Below the pieces are notes generated by a model, which ran no database searches, was not told the origin of the DNA, and saw only the letters and a program-made list of their open reading frames with translations. From Guillardia theta CCMP2712 (taxonomy: Eukaryota; Protista; Cryptophyta), in NCBI RefSeq assembly GCF_000315625.1, contig NW_005434578.1:153018-217017 (forward strand): a stretch of 64,000 nt of DNA, in the 5' to 3' direction. Position numbers and translations under genes: made by a program. Below are positions 42,028 to 54,597 of this stretch, piece by piece (position 1 is the stretch's first letter; every line of letters begins with the position of its first letter).

Positions 42028-43815
42028 ATGTGCCATGATCAAGAGAAGAACCAGGCGAACGCATGGAAGGAGTGCGACTCTGACGGAGATGTCCTGATAG
42101 CAGAAGATGGCTTCGAGAGTGCGGGAACCGAGGTTGTGCAGCAGGCGCAAGAGCCGCACGGCTCCCCAGTCAAGAAGAGGCGGACCAACACCCAGGCACA
42201 GCAGCATGACACCAGCAGTGACGAGATGCTCGACGAAACGGCAGACCCTGAAGACGATAAGACGGACATCAAGAGCCCCGAGGACCTCCCTCAGGTCTCC
42301 AGAGACCAGCAAGAGCTCGTCAGCAGCAGCTCCATCAAACAGGAGGCAGAGGCAGAGTTGGAGGAGCTGAGCAACAAGTGCAACGAGCTGAGAGAGAGCG
42401 TGAAGGCGCTGGAGCAGAAGAAGACAGAGAAAGAGCTCAGCCTGGCCTCCCTGGCTAAGCAGCACAAAGCCACGCACACCGAGCTTGACAACCTCAGGCA
42501 AGAGCTCAATGAAAAGGAGGAGAGAGGTGAGCAGCTCTCGGAGGAGCTCCTTCAAAGGGAGGGCAGTCTGCAGGCATGCAAGCAGGAGAGGGATGTCGTG
42601 GTGAAGGAGCTTACGGCGCTGCGGGAGGAGGCAGAGAGGGGAAGGCAGGAACTACAAGACATCAGCGAACTCAGGAGAGAGTATCAAGCTATCAAGGATG
42701 CACTTACTGCTGGCAAGACTAGCAAGCAGGCGGCAGAGGCAGAGTTGGAGGAGCTGAGCAACAAGTGCAACGAGCTGAGAGAGAGCGTGAAGGCGCTGGA
42801 GCAGAAGAAGACAGAGAAAGAGCTCAGCCTGGCCTCCCTGGCTAAGCAGCACAAAGCCACGCACACCGAGCTTGACAACCTCAGGCAAGAGCTCAATGAA
42901 AAGGAGGAGAGAGGTGAGCAGCTCTCGGAGGAGCTCCTTCAAAGGGAGGGCAGTCTGCAGGCATGCAAGCAGGAGAGGGATGTCGTGGTGAAGGAGCTTA
43001 CGGCGCTGCGGGAGGAGGCAGAGAGGGGAAGGCAGGAACTACAAGACATCAGCGAACTCAGGAGAGAGTATCAAGCTATCAAGGATGCACTTACTGCTGG
43101 CAAGACTAGCAAGCAGGCGGCAGAGGCAGAGTTGGAGGAGCTGAGCAACAAGTGCAACGAGCTGAGAGAGAGCGTGAAGGCGCTGGAGCAGAAGAAGACA
43201 GAGAAAGAGCTCAGCCTGGCCTCCCTGGCTAAGCAGCACAAAGCCACGCACACCGAGCTTGACAACCTCAGGCAAGAGCTCAATGAAAAGGAGGAGAGAG
43301 GTGAGCAGCTCTCGGAGGAGCTCCTTCAAAGGGAGGGCAGTCTGCAGGCATGCAAGCAGGAGAGGGATGTCGTGGTGAAGGAGCTTACGGCGCTGCGGGA
43401 GGAGGCAGAGAGGGGAAGGCAGGAACGTGAAAATCTCGACACAAATCTTGAGCGCTTGCGAGTAGAGCAGCAGACGTTGACGTCGGAGCTGACGAGAATG
43501 ACGACTGAGCGAACGACAGTCGGTGTAGAGCTGACACTCGCGATCGACATGAGGGCCCAGGCAGAGGCAGAGTTGGAGGAGCTGAGAAGCAAGTGCGAGG
43601 AGCTGAGAGAGAGCGTTAAGAGGCTGGAGCAGCAGCAGGAGAGCAAGAAAACGAATGCCAAGGCACTTGACCGGGAGCAAGAGACACTGGAGGCTATGAA
43701 GAGTCAGCTCAAGAACCTGCAGGAGGAATACGACACGCTCAAGAGGAGCAGCGAGGCTGGCAATGGGTCTGCTTTCTCTAGATTCTTCCTCTTTGGTGGC
43801 AGGTCAACCCAGTGA
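42028..43815 (+). CDS. Intronless coiled-coil protein with 129-aa internal repeats
   Basis: ATG at 42028, NLS-like PVKKRR, acidic N-terminus, heptad repeats. Confidence 0.8.
   Translation: MCHDQEKNQANAWKECDSDGDVLIAEDGFESAGTEVVQQAQEPHGSPVKKRRTNTQAQQHDTSSDEMLDETADPEDDKTDIKSPEDLPQVSRDQQELVSSSSIKQEAEAELEELSNKCNELRESVKALEQKKTEKELSLASLAKQHKATHTELDNLRQELNEKEERGEQLSEELLQREGSLQACKQERDVVVKELTALREEAERGRQELQDISELRREYQAIKDALTAGKTSKQAAEAELEELSNKCNELRESVKALEQKKTEKELSLASLAKQHKATHTELDNLRQELNEKEERGEQLSEELLQREGSLQACKQERDVVVKELTALREEAERGRQELQDISELRREYQAIKDALTAGKTSKQAAEAELEELSNKCNELRESVKALEQKKTEKELSLASLAKQHKATHTELDNLRQELNEKEERGEQLSEELLQREGSLQACKQERDVVVKELTALREEAERGRQERENLDTNLERLRVEQQTLTSELTRMTTERTTVGVELTLAIDMRAQAEAELEELRSKCEELRESVKRLEQQQESKKTNAKALDREQETLEAMKSQLKNLQEEYDTLKRSSEAGNGSAFSRFFLFGGRSTQ
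42345..43426 (+). repeat. 387-bp apparently perfect coding tandem repeat, ~2.8 copies
   Basis: Unit starts at 42346, 42733 and 43120 (period 387). Confidence 0.95.
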
Positions 43816-44284
43816 GGTCACAGGAGGCCTTGAAATGTCAGATGATGACGGAACTGAAGAAGCCGAGGAGGTGATTGTGTTGTGGTGACGTCTTTCTCTA
43901 TGATAGAAGAGGTTTGCGGCAGAGATACGTTGAGATCCTGTCTTTTGAGAGTGTGGTGTTATGAGACCTTTTTGGTTTCAAACATGAATTTGGAAAGAAC
44001 AATCGAGCCCCTCGTTCATTCACTCGTGCTATTGCCGCCTCCATTAGTCCCTGCCTTAAGTTGGCTCGTTCGAGCAAACAACAAACTTGCCTGGATACGA
44101 CAACAGGAAAATCAATGCAAGGATATATCCATTACAGGTACAAGAGCGAGGAGGTTTCAAACAGGGATCTCAACACCACCTATTGCTCTTCAGGCACAAA
44201 TCCACCGCGGAGAGACGAGGAGCCGACGAGGCCTTGTCTAGGTCTTCTGATTCATAATGAAACAACTAGGGGCGATTCTTCCTT

Positions 44285-44362
44285 CTCCTGCTGATGCTGC
44301 TGATGCTGCTGATGCTGCTGCTCTATCTTCTGCTGCAGCAGCAGCAGCAGCTGCTGATTCTG

Positions 44363-44419
<57 letters not shown>

Positions 44420-44830
44420 CTCGTCCTCGTCCTCCTCGTCCTCCTCGTTCTCCTCCTCGTCCTCTCCTCCCGTCGAGCACAAACTTCCTTACCGTCAAAG
44501 ATTACTTAACTATCCGTTACGAACGTTTCGATGCGATGCCACGACATGGGAGGGAGGGAATAATAAAATGATTGAGGGAGAGGGAGAGACAAAGAAGATA
44601 GGGGAGGAGCGAGGAGAGCGAGGAGAGCGAGGAGGAGAGAGGAGGAGCTAGGAGGAGAGAGGGGGAGAGAGGAGGAGAGAGGGGGAGAGAGGAGCTAGGA
44701 GGAGCTAGGAGGAGCTAGGAGGAGCTAGGAGGAGCAAGGAGGAGAGAGGAGGAGAGAGGAGGAGAGAGGAGGAGAGAGGGGAACGAGGAGGAGCTAGTAG
44801 GAGAGACGATGAGGAGCTAGGAGGAAGAGA
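44285..44830. repeat. Low-complexity tract: (GCTGAT/GCA)n, (CTCGTC)n, (GGAGCTAGGA/GGAGAGAGGA)n
   Basis: Directly visible. Confidence 0.9.
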
Positions 44831-45169
44831 GACATGTTTCGAAGCTGCCTGTGGGCTGAATGCATAACGTAGGAGGAAAGGGATAGTAAGGGAGAGGCAG
44901 TGAAGGAAAGAAGTGCATTTATCCCTTGTCAGTGAAGGAAAGAAGAGCGTTTATCCCTTGTACTTAGCCTCGATGGAATCAGCCTAACGGGGGCATGTAA
45001 AGAGAGACAATGATCTGACTGCTCACGTCTAGACACACGTGTTCACTTCATACTTCATTTCACTTCATACTTCACATAAACATTTACTTCTTGTCATTAG
45101 TTTGCTTTCTAATCTCTCCAATTCCTGCTCCGTTCCAGGTCCTGCTGCCCTTCTTTTCGTTGTGCAGCG

Positions 45170-46661
45170 ATGGAGTGCAGACAAAGTTTGCTGCTCGTGG
45201 GTCTGTTGGCGATGGTCGGTTGTGCTCATGGATTCTTCCGAGGAGATCCTGTGAGTCCCGGATCCACTCTGTGCTCCACCGCATCCTCGTCCTCGTCCTC
45301 GTCCTCGTCCTCATCCTCCTCGTCCTCATCCTCCTCGTCCTCCTCGTCCCCCCTTCACCCCTTATCCTCCTCCTCTTCACCCTGATCCCACTGCCACTAC
45401 ATCCTCCTCCTCTTTTTCACCCGCCAACCCTCACAGTTGTTCCTTCCTCGCGTCTTCAGCCGGCATGTCTGTGAGAGGCTTCTGACTATCAGAGCAGGTG
45501 CAGACGTTCAAGAGGATGCAGTTCCAAGGCAAGCGGACGATGTGGAGCGACGTGCTCGTCGGTCAGGGCCCCTTGTACGCCGTCGATCGATCGGTGAGCA
45601 GAGCATGAGGAGACGAGGGAGATGGAGTGGGTGAGAGAGGAGGGAGACTAGATGGAAGACAGGAGAAGAGAGGGAGTTGATGGTCCAGTGTAGTGGTGGA
45701 TGTACACACATACCCAAAGTTGAGTAGATGCGCACTCTGAATAGAAGAGATGTAGGAGAGGGCGTTCGAGGTCGGACAGATGTTTCGAGACAGGACAGGA
45801 GGATGATGGTTTTGTGATCATTGCGGAACAGGTGGAGCTGAACTATCCTTACAACGACATCGCGGCATCGGACACGCTAAAGATGCAGCTTGCGTACGAT
45901 CACGAGAAATTTTCGAGGTGAAGAGAGGGAGAGCAGGATCAAAAGAGATTGACAAAGTTGAAAGCGAATGGATCACAGTATCTGATGGGAACGGAAATCA
46001 CCTTGACGTGTAAGAGAATGGATGTGTTGTTATCTTCTCACCTTCTTTCCTTGCCTCTTGTTCTCCTTTTATTTTTTAATGTCCTCCTGCTGCATTTCTT
46101 TCCATTTCCTAGGGGTATCTTGTCCTCTTCTCTCTCTTCCTATCTGGCCTGCTTGACCCTTTCCTCCGTGTTTCCTCAGTACAAACTCTCTTGCCCATGT
46201 TGATCTCCTCCTCTCTCACTGCCTGCACTTTTTCTCTTCCTCTCCTGATCTCTTGGTGCAGGCTGACCGTGGAACTTGTTTACTCTGGCAATGAGATCCA
46301 TGAGATTCGTCACAAGTACAGATACAAGTAATGCTCCTCCTCCCCCTCCTCCTCCCTCCTCGTCTTCCTCTTCCTCTTCCTCTTCCTCTTCCTCTTCCTC
46401 TTTTGTTGCTTCACCTCTTCCTCCCTCCTCTTCCTCCTCTTCTTTCTTCTCTTGCTTCCCCTCCTTCTTCCCCTCCTTCTTCCCCTGCTTCTGCTTCTCG
46501 TCTTCTAATTTTTCCCGCAGGCAAGTTGAGCCTCACGAGCCTCATCCTGATCGCATCACCGTCGAGTATCACTGGTACCAGCCCTTCCCGTCCCCTATGC
46601 CCCATTCTCACCCATCCCACCCTGCTGCTGCTGCTGCTGCGGCTGCTGCTGCGGCTGCTGC

Positions 46662-46712
<51 letters not shown>

Positions 46713-46730
46713 GGCTGCTGCTGCGGCTGG

Positions 46731-46794
<64 letters not shown>

Positions 46795-47896
46795 CCTGGT
46801 GCTGCTCCTGGTGCTGCTCCTGGTGCTGCTCCTGGTGCTGCTCCTGGTGCTGCTCCTGCTCTTGGTCCACCAGCTCCTCCTGCTCCTCCTGCTCCTCCTG
46901 CTCCTCCAGCTGATTGTCGCGCTCCTCTCAACCATGGCAGGATCTCCGAGGCAGATACCGACACTCGCATGGGGTTGGACTTTCTCTTCGCCGCTGGCTG
47001 CTGCGTCACCGTCCTCGTAGTCTTTGTGGTAGGCTGCAGCAAGAGGGTGGAGGAGAAGAGAAGGGAGGAGAGAGGGAGGAGAACGAGGAGGGGAAGGAGG
47101 GAAGAAGGAAGGAGGAGCGAAAGTGAGGAAGAAGCGAGAGGGGGGTGCGGTGGTGGTCGGAAGGAAGGGAAGGTATTCATGCAGAATCGAGGAGAAATGA
47201 GAGGGCAGGAAGGAGTTGGGAGAGAGGATGAAGGAGGGGGATGTGACTGCATGGAGCAGACTTCCTCGGACAACGGGGATCTTTCGGCCAAGAGGGCCAT
47301 CGTCGTTCCTGAGTATGAGAACCCTGAGGCTCGCAAACCCAAGGTGAATCGCCTGCAGCTTCTCATCTTGCTCTTCCTCCTACTCCTCTTCCTTCTCCTC
47401 TTCATGCTCCTGCTCCTCGTCCCCTTGGTTCTCCTCGTCCTCGCCCTCTCCAACTTCTCCTCCTCCGCCGCCGCCTCCTCCGGTCAGCCTCTTCATCTCC
47501 CTGTGCTCATGGTGTGCGGCAGATCAAGAAGTTTCTGCTCTTCGACAAGGAAAGCGAAGCGACAGGAGGGCGAGTCATCGGAGACAACGACACCGAGAGC
47601 ATCGTCACCAACGCCGAAGAAGAAGTTGGACCCCTCCCTTTCCCTTCCCGTCCACCCCCTCCTGCCTCCCTCCTCCCCTTCCCTCCTATCCCTCATTCAC
47701 TTCCCTTGTCCTGCTCCGTTCCTCTTCTTCCCCACCCCCACCCTTGAAAGCCTTCAGCCCGCCACCCCTGTTCCTTCCTCCCCTCCCCTGCCTCTGCTCC
47801 TCCTCTGCCTGTCCGCAGGTGTTAACTCGCGGTTGGCAGGGGCTCCGAGCTCGGAAGGTGGAGGAAAGACCAAGCGATGCTAAGAAGGGCGAGTAG
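45170..47896 (+). CDS. Type I membrane protein similar to Arabidopsis NPU (NO PRIMEXINE AND PLASMA MEMBRANE UNDULATION)
   Basis: Signal peptide, then FFRGDP/VQTFKRMQFQGKRTMWSDVLVGQGPLYAVDRS/V, KMQLAYDHEKF, VELVYSG, PDRITVEYHW, D..MGLDFLFAAGCCVTVLVVFV; parallels recalled NPU motifs YRPGD, RTTWHDVIG..CP.FAVNREV, LRYSG, PKHVLVRYTW. Confidence 0.7.
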
Positions 47897-48271
47897 AGGA
47901 AGAGGAACGACAGAGAGTGCGCGAAGAGGGTAGAGACACCGAGGAGGAGGAGGAGGAGGAGGACAAGGCAGGAGGAGGAGGAGGAGGAGGAGGAGGAGGA
48001 GGAGGATTTGAAGTAGTCGGTGATTTCAATTATTGAGCTCAAGTATCGAGTCAAAAGCATAAATACAGGGAAAAAAATTCACAGAGGTAAAGAAAAGGAA
48101 AAGAGAAGAGAAGAGAGGGAGAAGCGAAGAACAATAGATCTCAACGAAGACAGGACGAAAAGGAGAGCAGGGGAGGATTCGGGTTAATGAACATGGAGGA
48201 AGGAGAGGCGAAGGAGAAGGAGGAGGGAACGATAACGATAGAGGGGGGGAGGGGAGGGGAGGGGTTCTTGT

Positions 48272-48700
48272 TCATGAGACAACACAGGAGCAGCCACCCT
48301 TGATGGTTCCTTCCCCTGCTATCGCCGTTGACTGCGCCATCGACTTGCTGCAGTCTCAATCAGAAGACCTTGAGATGAAACGCAACGCGGATCAAAGGCA
48401 GGGACGAGGATGACCACGAGGAAGTGAAGGAAAAGCGAGAGAAGTGATGGTTATGGTGGAGGTAGTGGTGGTGATGCTGAGGAGAAGGAGGAGGAGGAGG
48501 AGGAGGAGGAGGAGGAGGCAGAAAGAGGACGAGGAGGTAGTGGTGTAAATGGAGGAGGATAAGGGGCAGGATCAGGAGAAGAGCAGCCTTAGGTCAGCTA
48601 TTCACCTGCCCATGGGGCTTATCTCCACTGAAGGATCAGGCAGGCCTGGAAGGCCCTCGAGCTCCTGTAGCATCTCTGCAACATCGTCAGCATCAGTCAA

Positions 48701-48739
<39 letters not shown>

Positions 48740-51516
48740 TGCTGCTGCTGCTGCTCCTTTCCTCCTTCTCCTCATCCTCCGCTTTTTTATGCCCCTGTAC
48801 GCTCTGATTTGCACTCTGCCTTGCTCCTGTCTGAATCTTCCTCCCGCCCCTTATTCTCTCGCGCTCCTTCCCCCATGCCCTCCTGCTCCTGCTCTTCCCG
48901 CTCCTCTCTTCAACTGTCGCATCTCTACCTAAGGCCGTCGGGCGAGATTCGGGCACTCTGTTCCATCCCTTCTCAATGAGGCCTGCGGACATCTCAATCA
49001 CACAAGGAAGCAGAAGCGACGATCAGAATAAGATGAGGATGATGCTGATGATGAGGATATGAAGGAGAAAGAGGAGGAAAAATTGGAGGAGATGGAGGAA
49101 GAAGACATGCAGGAGACTTGAGCAAGCACGACTTGAGCAAGCACAAACGAACCTGCAAAATCTTTCCATTCAACCATCTCCAATGAGGGACGAATCTTCT
49201 CTCGATTTTTCTGTGCAACGTAGTGAGCAAGATAGGTAGCAATCCTTCCCTCTCCTTTCATTCTCCTCCTCCTCCTCCTCCTCCTCCTCCTCTCATCTTT
49301 CAATCTCCTGCTCCTTCCCTCCCTTCCTTTGCTGCTCTCTCCATTCTCCATCCCCTCCTTCCCCCCTGCCCAAAGTCCTCCTTCCCCCCTGCCCAAAGTC
49401 CTCCTCCCCCCCGCTTGCTGTCCATCTGCCTACCCTCTCCCTGCCTTCCTCCCACTCCTCCTCTCCTCTCCTACCACACTCGTAAGCTCAGCTGGAGGAA
49501 CATCCGAGAAAGGTTTGACCCCCGTTGCAATCTCCCACATGACAAGCGTGCCTGTAACGCATGCAACCGAAATTCAGCTGGTTGAGAGCTTGGGACACAA
49601 GGTTTACAGCTATAGATGTCAGCTTTTTCTGTGTACACGCCCTGCTTGCAGCCATACACCTGCTCGAGATCAGAGGAGGGCAAGGAAGAGAAGCAGGGGA
49701 AGGAAGAGGAGCAGACCAAGGGAGACGGCGGAGGGCGGAGAGGAAGGCGAGAGAGAGGAAGAGGAGAAGGAGAGGGGTAAGGGAGGAAGATGAGGAGGGG
49801 ATGAAGGGAGAGAAGAGAAGGAGGAGGCCGGGTTGAGGGGGTTGACCTCAGGTGCCATGTATCTTCTTGTGCCCGTCATGCCCGTCAGCGTTCGTTGCAG
49901 ACGATCCTGAGAAGCAGCAGGTAAGAGAACGCGAGCCCACAGAAGATACTCGCCTTCTTCTTCAACGTTCTGCTCACTCCAAAGTCTGCAATCTTGATCG
50001 TGCGCAAACCCTCTGTATGAATAAGTCACGGGGAGGAAACATAAAGAGACGGGAAGAATGAGGAGGACGAGGGGAGGGACCAAATCTCTACCTGCCAGCA
50101 AAAGATTCCCTGGCTTCAAATCGCGATGCATGATCATGGGTTCCTTCAGGAAGAGGGTTAGAAGCGGCTCAAGTAGCAGGAGGAGGGAGGACAAAGAAGG
50201 CGATGAAGAGGCAAGTCAAGTGTGAGAGGAAGTCAGGGCGAGGGATTCTAGCAGGTGATGGTGTCAAGGGGAGATTGCAGTAAGAGGAGAGGGTTAGCGA
50301 GAGAGAAGAGGGAGGAAGAAGAAGAGCGTGCAAGCGAGCACGTGCTGGGATGAGCGCAAGCCGTGGTTGCTAGGAGTTAAAGTCGAGACGAGGGACGGGG
50401 CAGCGGCTGACCCGATCGTGCAAGAACGCCAGTCCCTTGAGAAGGCCTCTAGTCCAGGCCGCTAGCGTTGGCCGCTGCTTCCTCCAGCTGCAGAGGATCG
50501 TAAGGAAGAAAAGCACATATCTCCATGAAGCAGCTCACTGCAGCTGCATGCCCTCCATGCTGGCGAGAAAGTGGTCAAGCGTGGGGCCGTTGACCAGCTC
50601 GAGGAGGATGACTGGATTTCCTCCGGGCCCCGAGCAGACACCGTAGAAGGCTACGATATGCGGGTGAAAGCTGGAAGGCAGGGATCAGCCTCGAAGGAGA
50701 GAGAAGGTGCCGTCTCACCCTATCTTGGACATAATGTAGATTTCCTTGAGAATGTCCTTGTACCTTGACGGCAGATGTCAGAAAACCTCCGAAAAGGGTT
50801 CAGTGCACAACATTTGGGAGCTCGTATTGGAGATGTGCTTTCCTTTCATCTGTTTGGCAGCACAATCGTGACCTCTCCACTTCACTCGGTGCACTTCTCC
50901 CATGGCTGAAGAGAAAACCATTAGATGGGGATCGCGAGAGCAAGTTTCGTCATGCGACTGGTGGGGATCGGGCAAGGGAAAAAGAGGGCGCAAGGCAGGA
51001 TGAAGAGGAAGGAACAGAAAGAGGGAGAGAGGGAGAGAGGGAGGGTGCAGGAGGTACAAAAGAATAGTGAAGGGACGGGGGAGCGAAGTTCTGACCTCCT
51101 TCGGAAAGGTTAGAAATCCACTGGATCTCAGAGAAAGGCACGTAGAACTCATGCGAGATGTTGGCTGAGTCCATCAGCTTGACATCTGCGGGGTTCGGCT
51201 TTGGACGAGGGGGTCCATGAGCAAGGATCGCACGGTTTGCGAAGTAATTTCTCTTCCCTCCAGCAACCGTCCCGTCCATGTTGTGCCAGCTCGAGTCGAC
51301 GCCATCGTTCTTCCTGCTCGTTCTCCTCACTGACGAGCCGATCTGTGAGCTACCGGAGATGTCGAAGCTGATGCCTGTCTCATCGATCGCATCTGGCTTC
51401 CTATGGGAGGCTTCATGCTGCGACCCCTCCGGTGAGTGCGGCTGCCCTTCGTCAGCGGGCTGGGATGGCAATGGCTGCGCATTGCCGCCGTCTTCCGCTT
51501 GCCCCTCCTCCTTCAT
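48272..51516 (-). CDS. TKL (Raf/MLK-like) protein kinase with C-terminal CaaX
   Basis: SEG/AMGEVHRVKWRG, CAAK, HPHIVAFYGVC, HRDLKPGNLLL, KIADFG, TGTRRYMAPE, EKADIYS, WEIATG..PF, SRPT; last exon ends GGCSCVVS*. Confidence 0.9.
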
Positions 51517-52254
51517 GTTAGCGCATGATGAATGATCCACCCAAGTTTAAGAGCAGCGAGTCTGACATGACTCGCAAGTTCACAACAGCTGCCCTCCATC
51601 CCACCCCTGCACGTCCCCTTTATCACTCGGATGAAGACGGCCAAGGCATGGGAGACTGTCTTATATGCCAGAATGTCACCATGTGCATCAAGCGGGCGAC
51701 CGATCGCTCTGCATGTGCTACCAGCTATCCATCCACTTGGTAGCAGTGGATGCCGCCCAAATTAGCTGATCGCCATGTCTGCTTCCCAGGTGTTATGCAG
51801 CCATCGAGCCGGTCAGATTACGGGAGGAGGGGAAGTACAAGGAGGATACAAACTTCTGCCTTGCATGGCTCTAATGGTTCACATAGGCAGGACAAGGGGG
51901 AGCAGCTATCATGCATGGTACCATTCACTGCTACCGACCTCCGACTATCACTTGCCCACCATCTGTCACTCTATATACAGAGCTGCCTCATACATTCATC
52001 TAGCCCTGATGTTTGATTGACTGAGACATCCTACTTCGTATGTTTGAATCCCCGTCTCTCCCCGTCCTATCTGACTCCCAAAACGTGCTGTCAACACATG
52101 TCCTCTCCCCCCTCACTCCTTTCATGGTTTCTTTCCTGTTCCCCTACATCTTCTCGTCTCGACTCTCTTCATCCTCCTGGCCTCTACCTTCTCGTTCATT
52201 TCCCTCCCCTCGTCTCTTCCTCCCTCCCTTCATCGCCTTCCATGACGTGCCACA

Positions 52255-52294
52255 ACCATGGCGCTGAAATGAACCATGGCGCTGAAATGAACCT
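52255..52294. repeat. 18-bp tandem duplication aaccatggcgctgaaatg
   Basis: Directly visible. Confidence 0.9.
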
Positions 52295-54146
52295 CCTTCC
52301 ACACACCCCTCCCATTAGTTTCCTGCATACCCCTCCTTGCTACACCCCCACCCTTCATTTTGTACCCCCACCCCCTTTTTACGATGTTTTCAGAGTACAG
52401 AAGCCGATTTGTTGAGCTTACCATTCCTGATCACCGGTCATAATTCATAAAGTAGACCCCCTGACCCCACACAAATTTCCTCGTACCCCTTCATTTTCTA
52501 CCTGACTACCCCCTATCGTAGTCATTCCTGGGCGTGTTGACCCACAAAATTTTTAGTATTTTAAATGTTAATATCAATATTGTAAAATATTTTATTCTCT
52601 ACCATATTGCTTCCTTTTCAATACAGAAGTTAGTTAAATATGCAAGTTTTTTTTTTGACGAGTACGTTCATCACCCCCCCTAGGTAAAGGGATTTTGACT
52701 ACAGGATGACCGGTAGTTGAAATTATTAAAAGAACGTAGTTGAAAGGGAGTGTTTTCAGATGTTCCTCCATCAGCAAAGGGGGTGGTACAAACCAGGGGT
52801 AATACCCTTGCAACTAGGAACCTTTGATTTTTGTGGCCCAACTACCCCACCTACCTCAAATCCTCCCTATCAAAAGTGGATATAGGGGGTACTGGGGTCC
52901 AAATGACGACCCCCCACCCTAGGATGAGGGCATATGAAATAAGGCCTCTTGTCTACTTTTTTGTGCACTCCCGCAAGGCAATGAAGTTTTACTAATAAAA
53001 GTCAATCTCAGTGACGGCGTCACTACCGGCCGTCAGCACTCGCCGAGTCTGCCGGGCCGCCCCTCCAGGACCAAAGTTAAGTTAACTTTGAGTAAAGATT
53101 TAAGTTAAATCACGAGTGCCAGTCTACAGTGACTAGGTCTGATCCGGTGCAGCTTCCGCCGGCCCGGATCAAATGGCTGGGGCGGGCTTGTCAGGTCTCT
53201 CCCCTTCCATTTGAGTAAAAATCTCTCCCTGCTCTTCATGCGTGATGTGGTGCCCCCAAGCAGCAAGGGACCCTTGCTAGCCCATGCTGATGGGCCCAGA
53301 CGAAGGCGGCGGCAGCAGCGATGATGACGATGATGATGACGATGAGATGAAAATGTCCATTCCCATTCCCATTCCCATTCCCATTCCCATTCCCATTCCC
53401 ATTCCTATGTCAGTGTCAATGTCGAGGATGGTGATGACGAGGATGATGCTGATGATGCCAGTGATGCTGATGCTCAATTGGGAGATTGTGGGGATTTCTT
53501 GATTGTGAGGATTACGAGAAGATCTTCTAACGGAGATGATGATGCAGATGCAGATGTTGATCTCATATCGAACATGAACTTGATGTTTAACATGGTGATG
53601 GAGAGGATGGTGATGATAATGGAGATGATGAATGTGGTGTAGATTGAGATGAAGGAAAGGCCAAGAGGATGAAGATGAATTCAGTGGCCGTAGTAGAATT
53701 GGTAGAAGGAGCGGATAAGATGTCGATGACGGAGATGGTTACCGTAATGAATGTGACGATAGAGCTGTTGAATAAAGGACCAAGGTGTAGGAGGAGGAAG
53801 AGGAGGAGGAAGAGGAGGAGGAGAAGGAGGAGGAGAAGGAGGTGGTAGTGGAGGTGCAGTAGTAGCGGCGGCAGCAGCAGAAGCAGCAGGTGTAGGCGCT
53901 GTGCTGGGATATAGAACGAGCCATATCACTCTGTATAAATGTCAGTGTTGTTCGCTGTTTGGTCGAAAGAGGCAGGCGTTGCTTGTTTGTATTCCAAGTC
54001 AGACAATATTCCTCATGGTATATTGACTGACACTAGATGAATATTGAATGACACTAGATCGTTTATGTTCTCCGGGACCCCCCTCGTGTATTCCTCTTCA
54101 CTAACACACCGTGTCCAGGTTCCTTTGTAATAACAGGGCTGCTCAG

Positions 54147-54597
54147 ATGTCAACCCCGGATCAATCGAACAATGCAGGCAACGCAGTCCCTGGTTAGTGG
54201 CAACGAGAAAATTTGCAGTGACAGTGACCCTGAAGCTTTCAGTTGCGCTTTCAAGGCCGCGGGAGAAAGCTCCTGAGTGGCAGAAGGATAGAGACGTCAA
54301 AAACTGCACCAAGTGCAAGGTCTGCATATCCTGACTGAGGTTGCCCTTGCTGATCCGCATGCAGAATCCTTTCTCCCTCTTTGTCCGAAAGCATCACTGT
54401 CGTCATTGTGGGCAGGTTGCGTTTGCTTGCGGGCGCTGAGCGTACTGAGGTGCCGTGGTCAGATTTTCTGCGAGGAATGTTCGGCGAAGACCTGCACCAT
54501 TCCACAATTCAACATGAACAGTCCCGTCCGAGTTTGCGACGATTGCTTCATAAGTATTTCCTCCAAGATCTCCCGCTCGCGTTCCATGGTGTTCTGA
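54147..54597 (+). CDS. FYVE zinc-finger protein (5' exons uncertain, possibly from ~53285)
   Basis: WQKDRDVKNCTKCK/NPFSLFVRKHHCRHCGQ/IFCEECS...VRVCDDC: WxxD, RKHHCR and RVC motifs. Confidence 0.9.
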
